NCBI RefSeq assembly: GCF_009834535.1 | Contig: NC_045696.1 | Coordinates: 54,810,001 to 54,874,000, forward strand | Length of the DNA stretch: 64,000 nt | Reading direction: 5' to 3' | Origin: Camelus ferus | Taxonomy: Eukaryota | Part shown: in pieces, positions 25,836 to 39,518 of the stretch | How the letters are laid out: the number at the start of each line of letters is the position of its first letter | Numbering within the stretch: the stretch's first letter is position 1 | Notes under the pieces: generated by a model | Seen by the model: the letters and a program-made list of their open reading frames with translations, nothing else | What the model was told of the DNA's origin: nothing | Database searches by the model: none | Translations under genes and position numbers: made by a program

Positions 25836-26042
25836 TTTATTTTAATATTTCCCACTAATTACTAATTTGACAGACTGGTAAGGCTTTTTTTGTGAAATAA
25901 TATGTGAATCTGAAATAACCAAATACAGCCAAAATCATTTCTTTTTCAAAAGACCTTTAAAAGGAAGGCGGCTATGGTGAATCCTTTAGGCACATTTCCT
26001 TATCCCAGTCCCTTTAAAACCTTTCAGAACAAAACTAGAAGT

Positions 26043-26116
26043 TACTGGATGAACTGTATGAAATTGCCATTGGTCAAAAGAATCAAATATTCATAATTTT
26101 ATTAGATTGAACCTAA
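26043..26116. mobile_element. MADE2-like mariner MITE
   Basis: ggatgaactgtatgaaattgcc...aattttattagattgaacctaa, about 75 bp with degenerate TIRs. Confidence 0.55.
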
Positions 26117-26714
26117 GAGATACTTACTCTCTACAGTGCCTTAGTTATCACCATGAACTTGACCTGGTAAGGATGGAGTTGTGCTTCAATACCCAGGCCC
26201 TTCAGCTCACCCCCACCATGGTTTGCTGGAGAGTAGGGTTGCTGTGCTGTGGGTAACTAGTGCCATGTGTTCATCACTGTTGTGCATCATTCGGGAATGA
26301 AGCTTCAGAGGAGTAGGAATGTGCTGAGTAGGGGCTCACAGCCGAGGAAGATGTTCTCTAACCCTGGCCTTGTATGCTTACTGTCAGAGATGACTTCTTC
26401 AATCATCAAGATTCATCATCAAGTATGTTCTGAGACACACAAATTAGGCTTCAAAACATGGGATATGTGGTACCACTGTAGGAAATCCCTCACGTGGCCA
26501 TTTGTCCAACCCATGGCACATTTCCCATCAGCTTTCCTGACCTTCCTTCTCCAGGCCCACCTGGCTTGTGCTGCATTGGGAGAGTCACAGGCTGTCTGGC
26601 TTCCATTTGCCTCCCCCATCATTTCTGTCTGCTAGGCTCTATCATTTCTGGTCTGTTTCAATACCATTTCTTCCAGAAGAAGGAATTAATCCTCCTGCTT
26701 CATGGAAATAATTA

Positions 26715-27700
26715 CAGATACATGAATATGGGCTGAGTGGTAATATAGTTAGGTGGATTCAAATTCATAGTTTGTGAGAACTATAAACAAAACCCTCTTT
26801 AAAACATTTAAGTTATAGTGCTACTAACTCCATACCAATAGCAGTTTGACTTATGTTCTCTTAGCATCAAATTTCTTTATCTATAATACAAGACAAAGAA
26901 ACAAAAAAGGTTGCCCTACCTACCACCCAGGATAATAGCATCAAATGAGATCATGTATATGAATATGCTTTGTGAATGTTTTAGCACCATGCAAATATAA
27001 AACATTCATATTACATGCATTATTATGGGAATCTGTTCTACCCAACATTTTTATCAACAACTTCAACAGAGACGTAAAAGCACAATTATAAGCTTTGCAG
27101 ATGACAGACATATGGGAGTAACAGCTAATAAAAAGAAGGGAAGATAGAATCAAAGTTCAAAGAAATCATGACAGATTGGAATGATGACTAGAACTACTAA
27201 AATGATATTTAATATGAACAGATGTAAAATACACTTTGGTTAAAAAAAATCATGTCAGGAGAGACCTGTTAAGACATTAGTTTAAATGAACCACAGTTAT
27301 ATGGCTCAGAGTTGAAGGTAATTTTAGATTTCTTTAATTGGAATAGTAATACAAAAGATGTAACATGCTATATGTGTTAGATCATTGCTTATATACACAG
27401 TATTTAATATTAAAATATGAGGAACTAAGCATCATGTTAGGAAGCTGAAATATAATCTGAGGAAAGCAACTAGAATTTTGAAAGTCTTAAAACTATATTA
27501 CATGAGAAGCAATGGACAGAGCTTCAGTTGTTTTGCTTGTAAAGCAATGATAACGGTGCCTACAAATGTTTCAAGGGCTTTCACATAGCAAGGGTATAAA
27601 AATATCTACTACACTGGGTAACTGGGAGATCAAAAAGAAAAATGTGGCAGATACTGGTTTCTCAATAAGTGACAGCTGAATCTAAATCCATTTTGCATTG
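26715..27700 (+). mobile_element. L3/CR1 RT-region fragment interrupted by a MIR
   Basis: tatgggctg...gttaggtggatt (YGL...VRWI), aacatttttatcaacaac (NIFIN) and tttgcagatgaca (FADD). Confidence 0.7.
26800..27010 (+). mobile_element. MIR nested in L3
   Basis: tttctttatctataat...atcaaatgagatcatgtatatgaatatgctttgtgaa. Confidence 0.6.
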
Positions 27701-28083
27701 CTCTATCAGGAAGAATATGAACTTATGGCCAAGCAAGTCAGTAAAATTAAAATAAAAGGAATGAGTTTCATGTGGTTGGAAATAGTTAAGGAAAGAAACA
27801 TCGATTTTTACCAAGAATATTTCTGGAATGTGGGAGAAGTTTTGTGTATATTAGTGTTGTCTCTTTGGAGTGAATCACATTGATCTAATTATATACCTGC
27901 CTTCCATCCATGCCTATCCCACAGCTAAGAAGGGTTAATAAAGAAAAAGCCAGTACCTTTCCAAAAAAAAAAAAAAAATTAAAGGGAGGTAATGTTATCA
28001 GCTTTTAACATTGGAAAATCTTAGATGCATAGAGATTGTGTGAACTGCATGTTGAGTAATACTGTGATAGCCCTTTTCTAAGG

Positions 28084-28247
28084 CAGCAGTTCTCAAACAT
28101 TCGCATGTATCAGAATCACTCAGATGCCTTGCTAAAATACATAGCTGCAACTTACTCCCAGAGTTTATGAATCAGTAGATCTTGAGTGGGGCCCCAAAAT
28201 GTTTATCTAACAAATTCGCACTTGATACTGATGAAGAATCACTGCTC
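28084..28247. mobile_element. MER5A hAT-Charlie MITE
   Basis: cagcagttctcaaac...atcagaatcac...tcagtagatcttgagtggggccc...gaatcactg. Confidence 0.8.
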
Positions 28248-28536
28248 AAAGCAAAAATGCCTTGTTCATACCCCTTGCTAAAGAAATAGCAAGAAGTGGC
28301 CATTCTTTTTATGCAGTAAATCATCCCACAATCTTCAATTGATAATTAGAGATCAGAATCTCATCAATCCATAGGCTGTTCAGTGAGCTATAACATGCCT
28401 CGGCATGAAAAGACAAGAAGAAATCAAGTTTCATCTCTCAAGATTCTGAACAAGTTTGTGTTTAAAAGATAAGCAATTAATATAAGAAACAGAAATAGAA
28501 AAACCAACAACTATACAGGAAAGAGTGAACAGGTAG

Positions 28537-31500
28537 GTGGACAGCAGTGTGGCCACGATGTTGGAGTTGGAAGACCCTGAGCTCACCTCCTCCGATGGCC
28601 ACACCAAAATTACAACTATTTACAGAGAGACTATCTATAAGAATGATCTGAAGACAAGCAGAAAAGATTTTCCAGAATGAAAGATATGATGAAGGAACCC
28701 ACAAGGAGACAGTAGGAGAGGGAGGCATGGTATAGTCAAGACCCACACCCCCAGGTTGGGGTGGATGGGAGCATAATCATAATTGTAGATGTTCTCCCCA
28801 AGGAATCAAAGGATTGAGCTCCACATCAGGCTCCCCAACTGGCGTCCTGCATCAAGACGATGAGACTCCAGAATGTCTGGCTTTGAAGGCCACTGAGGTT
28901 TGCATACAGGAGAGCTGCAAGGTTATAGGAAACAGACTCCTTTCTTAAAGAAAGGGTGCACACAAAGTCTCATGCGATCCAACTCCCAGTGCAGAGACAG
29001 TAATTTGAAAGGAGCCTGGGTCAGATCCACTGCTGATCTTGCAGAGCCTCCCAGAGAGCCAGGAGCAACTGGGGTTTCCCTTGGGAGACACTGGTGGCAG
29101 CCATTTGGGGGAGCTCATTCCACTACAAGGACTCTGATACTGGCAAGCACGATTTTGGAATCTTCCCTCTAGCATATTAGTGGCAGGGGCTTACCCACCC
29201 ACCAGTGGTCTTGCACAACTTCTGAACCCCCTAGATTGCACAACCAACCATGCAGGAATCTAGCCCTGCCCACCAGTAGGCTGGCACCAGGCATGAGCCC
29301 TCCCCACACCCACCAGTAGCCACCAAAGGAGGCAGGGCCTGGCAGTCAACCAGTCTAGGGGTCAGCTCTGTCTACTATCATGCTCACAGTAATCAGTCCT
29401 GCCATAACAGAAAGGTCCATGCAGCCTACATAGGGGGCACCGGTGGAGCATACAGCTCTGGTGACCAGAGAGGAGTATGTTGCCGGACCCTATAGGGTAT
29501 CTCCTATATAAGATCTCTTTTCCAAGAATGGGAAACATAACTGACTGAACTAATGCATAGAAATAATCACAGAGAATTAGGCAAAGTGGAGAGATAGAGG
29601 AATGTGCTCTGAACAACGAAGGAACAAGACAAACACCATCAGAAAACAAACAAAATAAAATGGAGATAAGTAATCTGCCTGATAAATAGTTCAAGGTAAT
29701 GATCATAGAGAGTCAGGAGAAAAATGGATAAACAGAATGAGAATTTTAACAAAGAGAAAATATAGACGAACCAGACAGAGCTGAAAAATACAATAAATAA
29801 AATAGACAATACACTAGAAGGAATTAACAGTATATTAGATAATACAGAGAAATGGATTATCAAACTAGAAGATGGAGTAATGGAAATCATCTACACTGAA
29901 CAGAAAAAAATTTTTTTTCTTTACTGTGGATAGTTTAACAGACCTCTGAGACAACATCAAGAATCCTAACATTCACATTATAGGAGTTCTAGGGGCAGAA
30001 GAGAGAGAAAGGGGCAGAGGATTTATTTGATGAAATAAGAGCTGAGAATTTCCCTACACTGAAAAAGGAAACAGACATTCAGGTCCAGGAGCAGAGTCCC
30101 AAATAAGATGAACTCAAAGAACTCAACACAAAAGACACATTGTAATTAAAATAGTAAAACTTAAAGAGAGAATCTTAAAAGCAGCAAGAGAAAAGCAATT
30201 AATCACATAAAAGGGAACTTCCATAAGACTATCAGTTGACCTTTCAGCAGAAACTCCACAGGCCAGAAAGAACTGGTATAATTCATTCAAGATTAACGTA
30301 AAAAAAAAAAAAAAAAAAAAGCCTACAAAATACTCTATGTAGCAAGGCTATCATTCAGATTTTAAGGAGAGATAGTTTTATAGACAAGCAAAAGGTAAGG
30401 GTTCAGGACTACTAAACTGGCTTCACAAGAAATGTTAAAATGACTTCTCTAAATAGAAAGAAAAGACCACAACTAGACAAATCAAAATTAAGAAAGGAAA
30501 AAAACTCATTGGTAAAGGCAAACATACAGGAAAGAAAGGAAGGTTAAAAGATGAAGGTAATAAAAATCAACTATATCCACAATCAATAGTTAAGATATAC
30601 ACAAAATAAAAAGATGTAAAATGTCAAAAACATTAAACATGGGGTGGGGGAGTAAAAATACAGAGTTGTTAGAATGTGTTTGAACTGAAGATAGCCTCAA
30701 CTTAAAATAATCATGTATATATGCTATTCCACGTGAACCTCATGGTAACCACAAACAAAAAGAGAAAGGAGTTCAAACATAACATTGAAGACAATCATCT
30801 AATCACAAGTAAAAAGAATAAAAGAGGAAGAAAGAAATATAAAAGAACTAAAAAACAACCAGAAAACAAGCAATGAAATGACAATAAATATATAATGTAA
30901 ATAAACTAAGTACTCCAATCAAAAGACCTAGAGTGGCTGAATGGATAAAAACCAAGACTCATGCTTACATGCTGCTGACAAAAGACTCAATTCTGACCTA
31001 AAGATGCACACTTACTGAAAATAAGGAGGGAAAAAAGGTAGGTATTCCATGTAAATGGAAATAAAAAGAAAGCTGGGGTATAATACTTGTATTAGACAAA
31101 ACAGACTTAAAAACAAGGCCTGTAATAAGAGACAAAGAAGGACCTTATGTAACAATAAAGTGATCAATCCAGTAATAAGATATAACATTTGTAAATATAT
31201 ATGCACCCAACATAGGAGCACTTAAATACATAAGGCACATACTAACAGACATAAAAAGAGAAAGTGAAAATAAAACAATAATAGTAGGAAACTTTAACAC
31301 CCCACTTCCATCAACAGACAGATCATCCAGACAGTAAAGGAAACAGCTGCCTTAAATGACACATTAGACAAGATGGATTTAATAGATATCTAAAAAACAT
31401 TACATCCAAAAGCAGTATAATACACATTCTTTTCATGTGCATATGGAACATTCTCCAGGATAGATCACATACTAGGCCACAAACAAGTCTCAATAAATTT

Positions 31501-33801
31501 AAGAAGACTGAAATCATATCATGCATTTTTATGACCACAATGCTAGAAGCCTAGATAGAAATCAACCACAAGAAAAAAAACTCCAAAAAACACGAAAATG
31601 TGGAGGCTAAATAATATGATACTAAACAACCAATAAGTCAATGAAAAAATCAAAGAAGAAATAAAAAAATAGCTGGGACAAATGGAAACACAATAGGCCA
31701 AAATTTATGGGATGCAGTAGTTCTAAGAGGGAAGTTTACAGCCACGTAAGCCTACCTCTGGAAGAGAAAAATCTCAAATACAAAATCTAACCTTGCATAT
31801 AAAGGAACTAGGAAAAAAGAACAAAGCTCCACATTAGTAGAAGGAACTAAATTATAAAGACTAGAGCAGAAATAAACAAATTAAGAGACTTAAAAACAAT
31901 AGAAAAGATCAATAAAACTATGAGCTGTTTTTCTGAAAAGATAAAGTAAACCTTTAGCCACACTCATTAAGAACAAAATAGGGAAGAGGCCTAAACAAAT
32001 AAAATCAGAAATGAATGAGAAGTTACAATCAACACCACAGAAATACAAAAGATCATAAGAGATTACTATGAATAATTATATGCCAATAAAATGGGCAACC
32101 TAGAAGAAATGGATAAATTTCTAGAAACATACAATCTCCCAAGACTGAATCAACAAAGTAGGTATAGAGGGAAGGAACCACAACATACTGCAACATAATA
32201 AAGACCATATCATACTGAATGATGAAAAGCTGAAAGCATTTCTTCTAAGATTAGCAACAAGTTAAGAATGCCTGCTCTCACTATTTTTGTTCAATGTAGT
32301 ACTGGAAGTTGTAGTCACAGCAATTAACAAGAAAAAATAAGAATAAAAGGAATTCAAATCAGAATGGAAGAAGTGAAACCATCACTGCTTGCAGATGACA
32401 TGATACTATATATAGAAAATCCAAAAAATGCCAACAAAACTATTAGAACTAACAAATGGATTCAGTAAAGAGTTGCAGGAAACAAAATTAATATACATAA
32501 ATCTATCCACAAATATATCTATATACTAACCACAAACTATCACAAAGAGAAATTAAGAAAACAATCCCATTTACAACTGCATGAAAAAGAATAAAATATC
32601 TAAGAATAAATCTAACCAAGCAAGTAAAAGACTTGTACTCAGGAAATTATAAGACATCAATGAAAGAAATAGAAGGCAACACAAACAAATGAAAGATATA
32701 TTATGCTCATAAAATGGAAGAATTAATACTGTTAAAATGACCATACTACCCAAGCTAATTTATAGATCCAATGCAATCCCTATCAGAATACCAATGGCAT
32801 TTTTCACATAATTAGAATAAATAATTCTAACATTTGTATGGAAACACAAAAGACAAACAATAGCCAAACAATCTTGAAGAAGAAAAACAAAGCTGAAGGC
32901 ATCACACTCCTTGATTTTAAACTATACTACAAAGCTACTATAATAAAAACATGATGGTACTTGTACAAAAATAAGACACATAGATCAATGGAACAGAATG
33001 AGAGCCCAGAAATAAATCCAGACTTACATGGTCAATCAATCTACAATAAAGGAGACGAGAATATACAATTTGGAAAAGACAATAAATGTTGGGAAAAATG
33101 AACAGCTACACACAAAAACCAAACTGGACTCACCATGTACAAATATACACATATATATCTCACACCATATACAAAGACAAACTCAAAGTGGATTAAAGAC
33201 TTAAATGTAAGACTTGAAACCACAAATTTCCTAGAATAAAACGTAGCTCTTTGATATTAATCTTAGTAATATTTTTTGTATATGTCTTGTCAAGCAAGGG
33301 AAACAAAAGCAAAAATAAACAAATGGAACTACATCAAATTAAAAGCTTTTGCACAGCAAATGAAATATCCAGAAAGGGGTTAATATCCAAAATACACAAA
33401 GAACTCATAAAATTCAACATCAAAAAACAAATAATCATTAATAAATGGGCAGAAAACCTGAATAGGTCCAAAGACTACATACAGATAGCAAACAGATACA
33501 TGAAAATATGCTCAACATCACTAATCATCAGGGAAATGCTAATCAAAATCACAATGAGATACTACATCAAACCTTTAAGAATGGCTATCATCAAAATGAC
33601 AACAAAAAACAAGTTTTGAGAAAGATGTGGAGAAAAGTGAACCATCCTGTACTGTTGGTGGAATTGTAATTGGTGCAAGCATACTATGGAAAACAGAATG
33701 GGGAGGTTTCTTAAAAAATTAAAAATAGAATTACCATATGACCCCACAATTTCACCCTGGTATTTATCCAAAGTAAATGAAAATACTAATTCAAAAAAAT
33801 A

Positions 33802-33832
<31 letters not shown>

Positions 33833-34410
33833 TCCTATGATTATTGCAGCCTTATTTACTATAGCCAAGATATGGAAGCAACCTAAGTGTCCATTAACAG
33901 ATGGATGGGTAAAGTAGATGTTTTATATACGTACAACAGAATATTACTCAGCCATAAAACAAATGAAACCTTGCCATTTGTGAAAGTATGGATGGATCTG
34001 GAGGGTATTACACTAAATGAAATAAATCACACAGAGAAAGTTAATTACTGTATGATCTGACTTATATGTGGACTCTGAAAAACCAAACAAACAAGCAAAT
34101 CAAATTGAAAACAGACCTACAGATACAGAAAGCAAATGGGTGGTTGCCAGATGGTAGGGGGGTTGGGGGAGGGCAAAACAGGTTAAGGGGATTAGAGGTA
34201 CAAATCTCCAATATGTAATAAATAAGTCATGGGGATATAAAATGCAGTGTAAGGAATATGGTCAATAATATAGTTACAACTTTGTATGAAGATAGATGTT
34301 TACTAGACTTATTACAGTGATCATTTTACAATGTTTGCAAATGTCTAATCATTATGTTGTATACCTGAAACTAACAGAGTATTGTACATAAACTATATTT
34401 CAATAAAATA
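28537..34410 (+). mobile_element. Near full-length inactive LINE-1 (5' UTR, ORF1, spacer, ORF2, 3' UTR)
   Basis: 5' UTR gagctcacctcctcc; ORF1 about 29590-30452; ORF2 from about 30880 with EN motifs (NIYAPN; GNFNTPL) and RT gcagatgac; aataaa at 34402. Degenerate TSD at 28521-28536 / 34411-34426. Many stops and internal deletions. Confidence 0.95.
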
Positions 34411-34689
34411 AAAAGTAAATGGGTAGTCAGAAGAGGATATAAAATATAGAAAATCAGGAAGCAGCTGACTCAGGTTAATGGTGAAGGACTAAAGATCCTT
34501 ATATTTTTTGCTAAAATTCCTGGAGCCCCAAAGATCTGGTTCCCTTATCCATTAGGGTGGCTCTACTTAAGTTTGTTTCCTTCCTGTTTTCAATCTTTTC
34601 ACTTTTTCTATGTTCTTTTTACATACCAATTTACAACATGCCCCACACTTAACTGATAATTTCACGGACATAGAAATGAAAACATACAC

Positions 34690-35320
34690 TCTGGCATTTC
34701 CCGCTTCCACTGTTGCTGTTGAGAAGGCTGTTGCCATGTTGATTCTTCATTTTTTGCTTGAAACTTAATTTTTTACCTCTCTGGAAGACAGTCTTCCCTA
34801 TTCATAGTGTACTAATATTTTATGATACTGAGTCTTGGTATGGGTCTTTTAAAAATTTCTGTCTGGGTACTCAATGACTTTCTCATTATGGAAAGTTGTA
34901 TCCTCTGTCATGGGCTTCTGCTCGTTTGTTGCATTCTCTCTTTAATATTTTTCATTCTCTATTTTCTAATTCCTATTTCAGTAACTCCTCTTTATCAGAT
35001 ATGTAACCTGCTGGATTGGTCCCCTGTTTTTCCCTTGTTGTCTTCCATTTTCTATGTATGTCTTTTTTTCTATTCCTGGGAAGATTTTCTCCATTTTATC
35101 TTTCAAGTTTTCTTCAAGAAACTTGAAAAATATATATATATATATAATTTATACTATCATAGTTTTAAAATTCTCTCTCATCTTTCTTCCCCTTTACTTC
35201 CTTCCTTCCTTCTGTTTTTCTTTAGTTCTTAAGAACCTCTTACTTCTGCTTTGTAACTGCCATTTTTCTCTTAAAATCTTGATTATATCCTTCATAGATT
35301 TTTACAAATGTTTCCTTCTC
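34690..35320 (-). mobile_element. HAL1 or old L1 ORF1-like fragment
   Basis: cttccactgttgctgttgagaag...tcttggtatgggtctttt...ctgctggattggtcc. Confidence 0.6.
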
Positions 35321-35344
35321 ATTTCCCCATCACCTCTCTGGTAG

Positions 35345-35551
35345 AGGAAGGGGTGGTGGCGATAACTGCAGCAGTTCTGGGCTCTGAATCACAGCCAGGA
35401 CTGGCAACTTTTGAAACCAAAAGTCCAGTGATGGCACTCTTTCCCTTCAGCATGTCTATAAATTTGTCAGCACTTAATTCCCTTTATTAAATATTTCTGC
35501 TTACAATATCTTGAATATTTTCTGTTTCCTACACTGGTACCTTGTTGATAC
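35345..35551 (+). mobile_element. LTR33-like ERVL LTR 3' part
   Basis: aattccctttattaaatatttctgctta...ttctgtttcc...tgataca terminus. Confidence 0.6.
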
Positions 35552-35959
35552 ACTAAATATAGACTGAAACTAAAAAGGATGATGAAGATATAATTGTGTT
35601 TGGGAGTGAGTAATGAAGACTGAGGTAAAGAGGAATGACCTTGAATTATGGATAGAGAGCTGGTGTTTTATCTTGTATGTAAGAATGTATGGTTGTGAAT
35701 TTAAAAGCAAAAATATAAGTAAGTATTTTTACAACCTTGAATTTGCTTTCTATAGCAATAACAGGAGTAATAGAAAGGAATTTAATATTTACGTCTATAC
35801 TCATAAGTTTAGACATAAATTAAAAACTGAGCACTTCCTAGTGACTGTCACACAGCTAGGGACAGATATTTTTCTAAGTATAGCTCCTTTGGTTGTTTCT
35901 AATCATCATACATTTCAGGTAAAATATAGTGTCCTCCTTTGTTTTTAAACAGATTCTTT

Positions 35960-36810
35960 AAGCATTCAAATATTCTTATTCAAGTGGGATGGGAAACAAT
36001 AAAAAGCAACCAACACAAAATATATATAAGTAGGCAATGACAAATACTTTGAGCACAAAATGAGTCAGGTAAAAAGATGGAGCATGATTTAGAGTGTTAT
36101 TTTTAAAAGGCTGGTCATGAAAGTCCTCTCTTGAAGAAGTGATATTTTAAGCAAGGATCGAGTGAAGTAAAGGAACAACCAATGAAAATATTTGGAAGAA
36201 CAATCCAGGTGGAAAGAGTAGAAAATGCAAAGTGTCTTAGACAAATGCCTTTGGTGATGTTGAGAAACATCAGGAAGGCCAAGGTGGATGGGTCCTCGTG
36301 AGAGCAGGAGGGGGATAGGTAATCAAGCGGAGTCATTCAGGGAGACAAACAAGTAGGACTTAGGTAGCCATGGAAAAATTCTGGTTTCTAGTTTAAGTGT
36401 GATAGGAAACTATTGAAATGTTTTGTGGGAGTGACTAACATGATCTCATTCAAGTATTTTAAGCATCTCTCTGGCTGCTGTAGGGAAACTTGAGTGTCAT
36501 ATTAGATGAATTAGGAGGTGGTAGCCTTGAAGGTGGTATGAAGTAAAAAGATTTGGTTGAGATATTTTAGGGTAGAACCAACAAGCCTCTGCTAAACGGT
36601 CAGAGGTCAAGCATGAAAGAAAATGAGGGATCAGAATGACAGCAAGTTCTCTGACTGGTATCATTTACCACATTAGGAAAATCTGCAGAGAAGCTGTTTT
36701 GGGGAGAGAGGATTTATGACATTTTTTTCCCAGTCATGTTGACCTTGATATTTCGCTATTAGATGTTTGAGTTGAAATGTTGAGTAGGTGGAGACATATG
36801 AATCTAGAAT
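35960..36810 (-). mobile_element. L2 LINE fragment
   Basis: gaagtgatatttta...aatgcaaag...ggaaggccaaggtgg...catctctctggctgctgt...gttgagtaggtgg. Confidence 0.8.
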
Positions 36811-37374
36811 CCTTAATTTATTGAGAAATCGTTTCTCTTCAAGGCATTTATATTTACTAAAATGGATCTACTAAGGGCAAGTATTTGTGGGAAGGGAGAT
36901 TATTTGTCTTGTTTGAAAGTTTATACATTTTTGTCTAATCATAAAATTAAATACATGATTATCATAGAAAATTAGGAAGCCATAGGTCATCATAAAGAGA
37001 AAATCATCATAATACTACCATCCCAAGAACATGACTGTCTATTTCTGTACATTTCCTTCTTGTGACGTAATGTTATACAATGAGTGTTTTCTGATCGATC
37101 AAATATTCACTGAAAATGTAACATTTTATCACTGTAAATACAAACTACAGTTAACTCAATAATTAAAGTATTAGTACAATAATCAATAGTTAGTTCAATG
37201 AACTGGGTAAAGGCTTCTGAAATAGATTATAGTTTATAGTAAAAGAATTTAATTTATGGCAAGGTAACCTCACTAAGAAGGAATGTATTCAACAAATCAA
37301 GCCATAATCTTATCTCACACCATAACCCAATATTAAATGTAAAATTTTAAACCATAAATATTCAACCTGCTTTG

Positions 37375-38025
37375 AGTCTACTCTTGCCCACCTTAGCCTT
37401 TTCTCAACAGAGAATAACTTTCAAATAGGTCAGGTGATGTTACTCCTTTGTTCAAAATCTTCTAATGGCTTTTCATTTCATTTAAATTAAGGCTGAAGTT
37501 CTTCAAATGGTGTATAAAATATTATATAATCTGAGCCCTTGTTCTCTCTGCCCAACACTTTCCTTCTCCACTCTACCCCAGCTCTACTAGCCTTACTTTC
37601 CATCGTACACTCCAGCATTTGCCTACCTTGGGGTCTTTGCATCTTCTATTTGCTCTGCCTGGAATGCTGCTCCCAGATGTTCCCATGGCTTGCTCCATCA
37701 TTTCCTTCAGGTTTCTCTTCAACTGTCACCTTAGTAGGAGGTCTTCCCTCACCATTCTATTTGAGATAGTAACTCATAACTTCTATTCTCTCTCACTGAG
37801 CCCTTCCCCCAAGATTCTCTTTCCTTCTCAACCTCCTTTATTGTTCTACATCAAGTTTATTGCTACCTAACCTACTATATATTTGTTTATAGACTGTATT
37901 AGAATATACACTTCATAAGTTGAGGGACTTTATTTTTTTGGTTTTACCCCAGTACAGTGCCTGACATATATTAGGCATTCAATATTTTTTTTGTTGTATG
38001 AATAAATTAATGGGTGAGTGAATTT
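37375..38025 (+). mobile_element. L2 (L2a-like) 3' end
   Basis: gttactcctttgttcaaaatcttctaatggctt...ctctgcctggaatgct...acagtgcctgacatatattaggcattcaata. Confidence 0.85.
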
Positions 38026-38197
38026 AGGATGAAATGACAGCCATTATTAGCTGATCTTTTTCTTGAAAAGTATTTTCTGAATACAAATCAAATAAATGAA
38101 TCAAAAGAGAAGGTGAGACTTTCCAAAAAGCCCAAGCAGTTTTAGAAACCAAACAAGAGAAAACTATTTTCTGTTTTCTTATTCCTCTTACAAGAGT

Positions 38198-38221
38198 AAA
38201 AAAAAAAAAAAAAAAAAAAAA
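38198..38221. repeat. A24 homopolymer
   Basis: Read directly from the sequence. Confidence 0.95.
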
Positions 38222-38820
38222 CTAAAACACAGAAGAAGAAAGAAAAGGAGGAAATTTGATGTTTGAAGAGGGTCTGAAGAGTTTCTCTTTGCTGTAATTC
38301 AGCCTGATTTACCTGCTAAAGTCTCAGGGAGGAAACTACAGAATCCAGAGCACCAGAGTTAGAAAATGGGTAGTAAATGGAAGACAGGATAATGATGAGA
38401 ATCAGAGAACAAAACAAAACAAAGCCGTACCACAGTTGACCATACTGAACTCGTGGTTGCACACTCTACAAATATTGTTAATGATGGAGGGAAAGAAATG
38501 GTATTTTAAACCCAACTGTAATCCCTCTCTATTTTCTGTTGCTCTGGGAAAGCAGCGCTTACAATGACTCTCTCTATGCTTCTCACGTGGGATTTAGCCA
38601 CAGTTTTAACCTTTGTGTTGCTCATTGTGAGGCTAGAAAAGTACAATTCCACTACATTGAAGCCACTTTGTAAAGGGAAATACAACTGTCAGCTCAGGTG
38701 GCTTTAAGCTGCCAGAGCTTGGGGAATAAAACCAACTCATCTCTCTTCCATATCCCCATGTGATAAGAGACATTGTCAGATACTAGTTCTGTCTTCCTGT
38801 AATAAACTCTTCCCATGCAA

Positions 38821-38979
38821 TGTAGTGGTCTTCTTGAAGTGCACATTAGAATCAACTGTGGAACCTTAAAAAGTACTGCCCTCGCCCACTAGCCCAGGGT
38901 TTTAGCCTGGCCTGGATATTAAAAATTTCTAGGTGTTCCCAGATGATTTTAATGTGTGAAGTTGAGAACTATTGCTACA
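38821..38979. mobile_element. MER5-type hAT-Charlie MITE
   Basis: gtagtggtc...gcacattagaatca...cccagatgattttaatgtg...gttgagaactattgc. Confidence 0.7.
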
Positions 38980-39029
38980 GGTTTTTTTCTTTTTCTTTTT
39001 CTTTTTTTGGTTTGCCTGCCCACAACGAT

Positions 39030-39518
39030 TTTTCTCTTTTCTAAGATACCTACATTTTGGTTCAGACTTCTGCTCTTATTTAGGAAACTGTGAGGAAAAT
39101 TGACTCCACTCACCTTTCAGTTCCAGCCTTCTAGGCTTATTATAATCAACCCATTCTACTGTCCATAATCATTGATCCAGGAATAAGCAAGAAATATGAA
39201 CAGTTGAGTTAGGGTGGATCTCAGATTACTTGTTTAGAACAAGTGATAAGAATATTTTCTTTCTCTCAGGACATTGTGGTATGCAGATGCAAAGCCAGGA
39301 ACCAATATAGGCATTTGTTTCTTCAAAAAAAAAAAAAGCAGCCCAAAGATACGATCATTCATTACTTAGAAGGGGGCACAGACAGGGACGTTGTCAGTCA
39401 CAGGTTTATGATGATCCTCAAGTCCATCCCCTTTCTGGGACTCCAGTTAAATACGCCAATAAAGGACCTTTTTATTTAGGTCAGTTGGAAATGAGATGTT
39501 GCTGAAGTACTCTAACAG
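39030..39518 (+). mobile_element. Old ERVL/MaLR LTR (LTR16/MLT1-like)
   Basis: End gggactccagtta...gccaataaa...tttaggtcagttgga...ctaaca. Confidence 0.5.

Noticed and set aside
30300..30320. A21 run as a retroposon tail
   Set aside because: It lies at a naturally A-rich ORF1 position with collinear L1 sequence on both sides, so it is an in-place expansion.
30880..33790. L1 ORF2 as a functional CDS
   Set aside because: Multiple stops, frameshifts and internal deletions.
35960..38025. Inverted L2 pair as a dsRNA-forming structure
   Set aside because: The copies look too diverged for stable long pairing, and there is no evidence of transcription.
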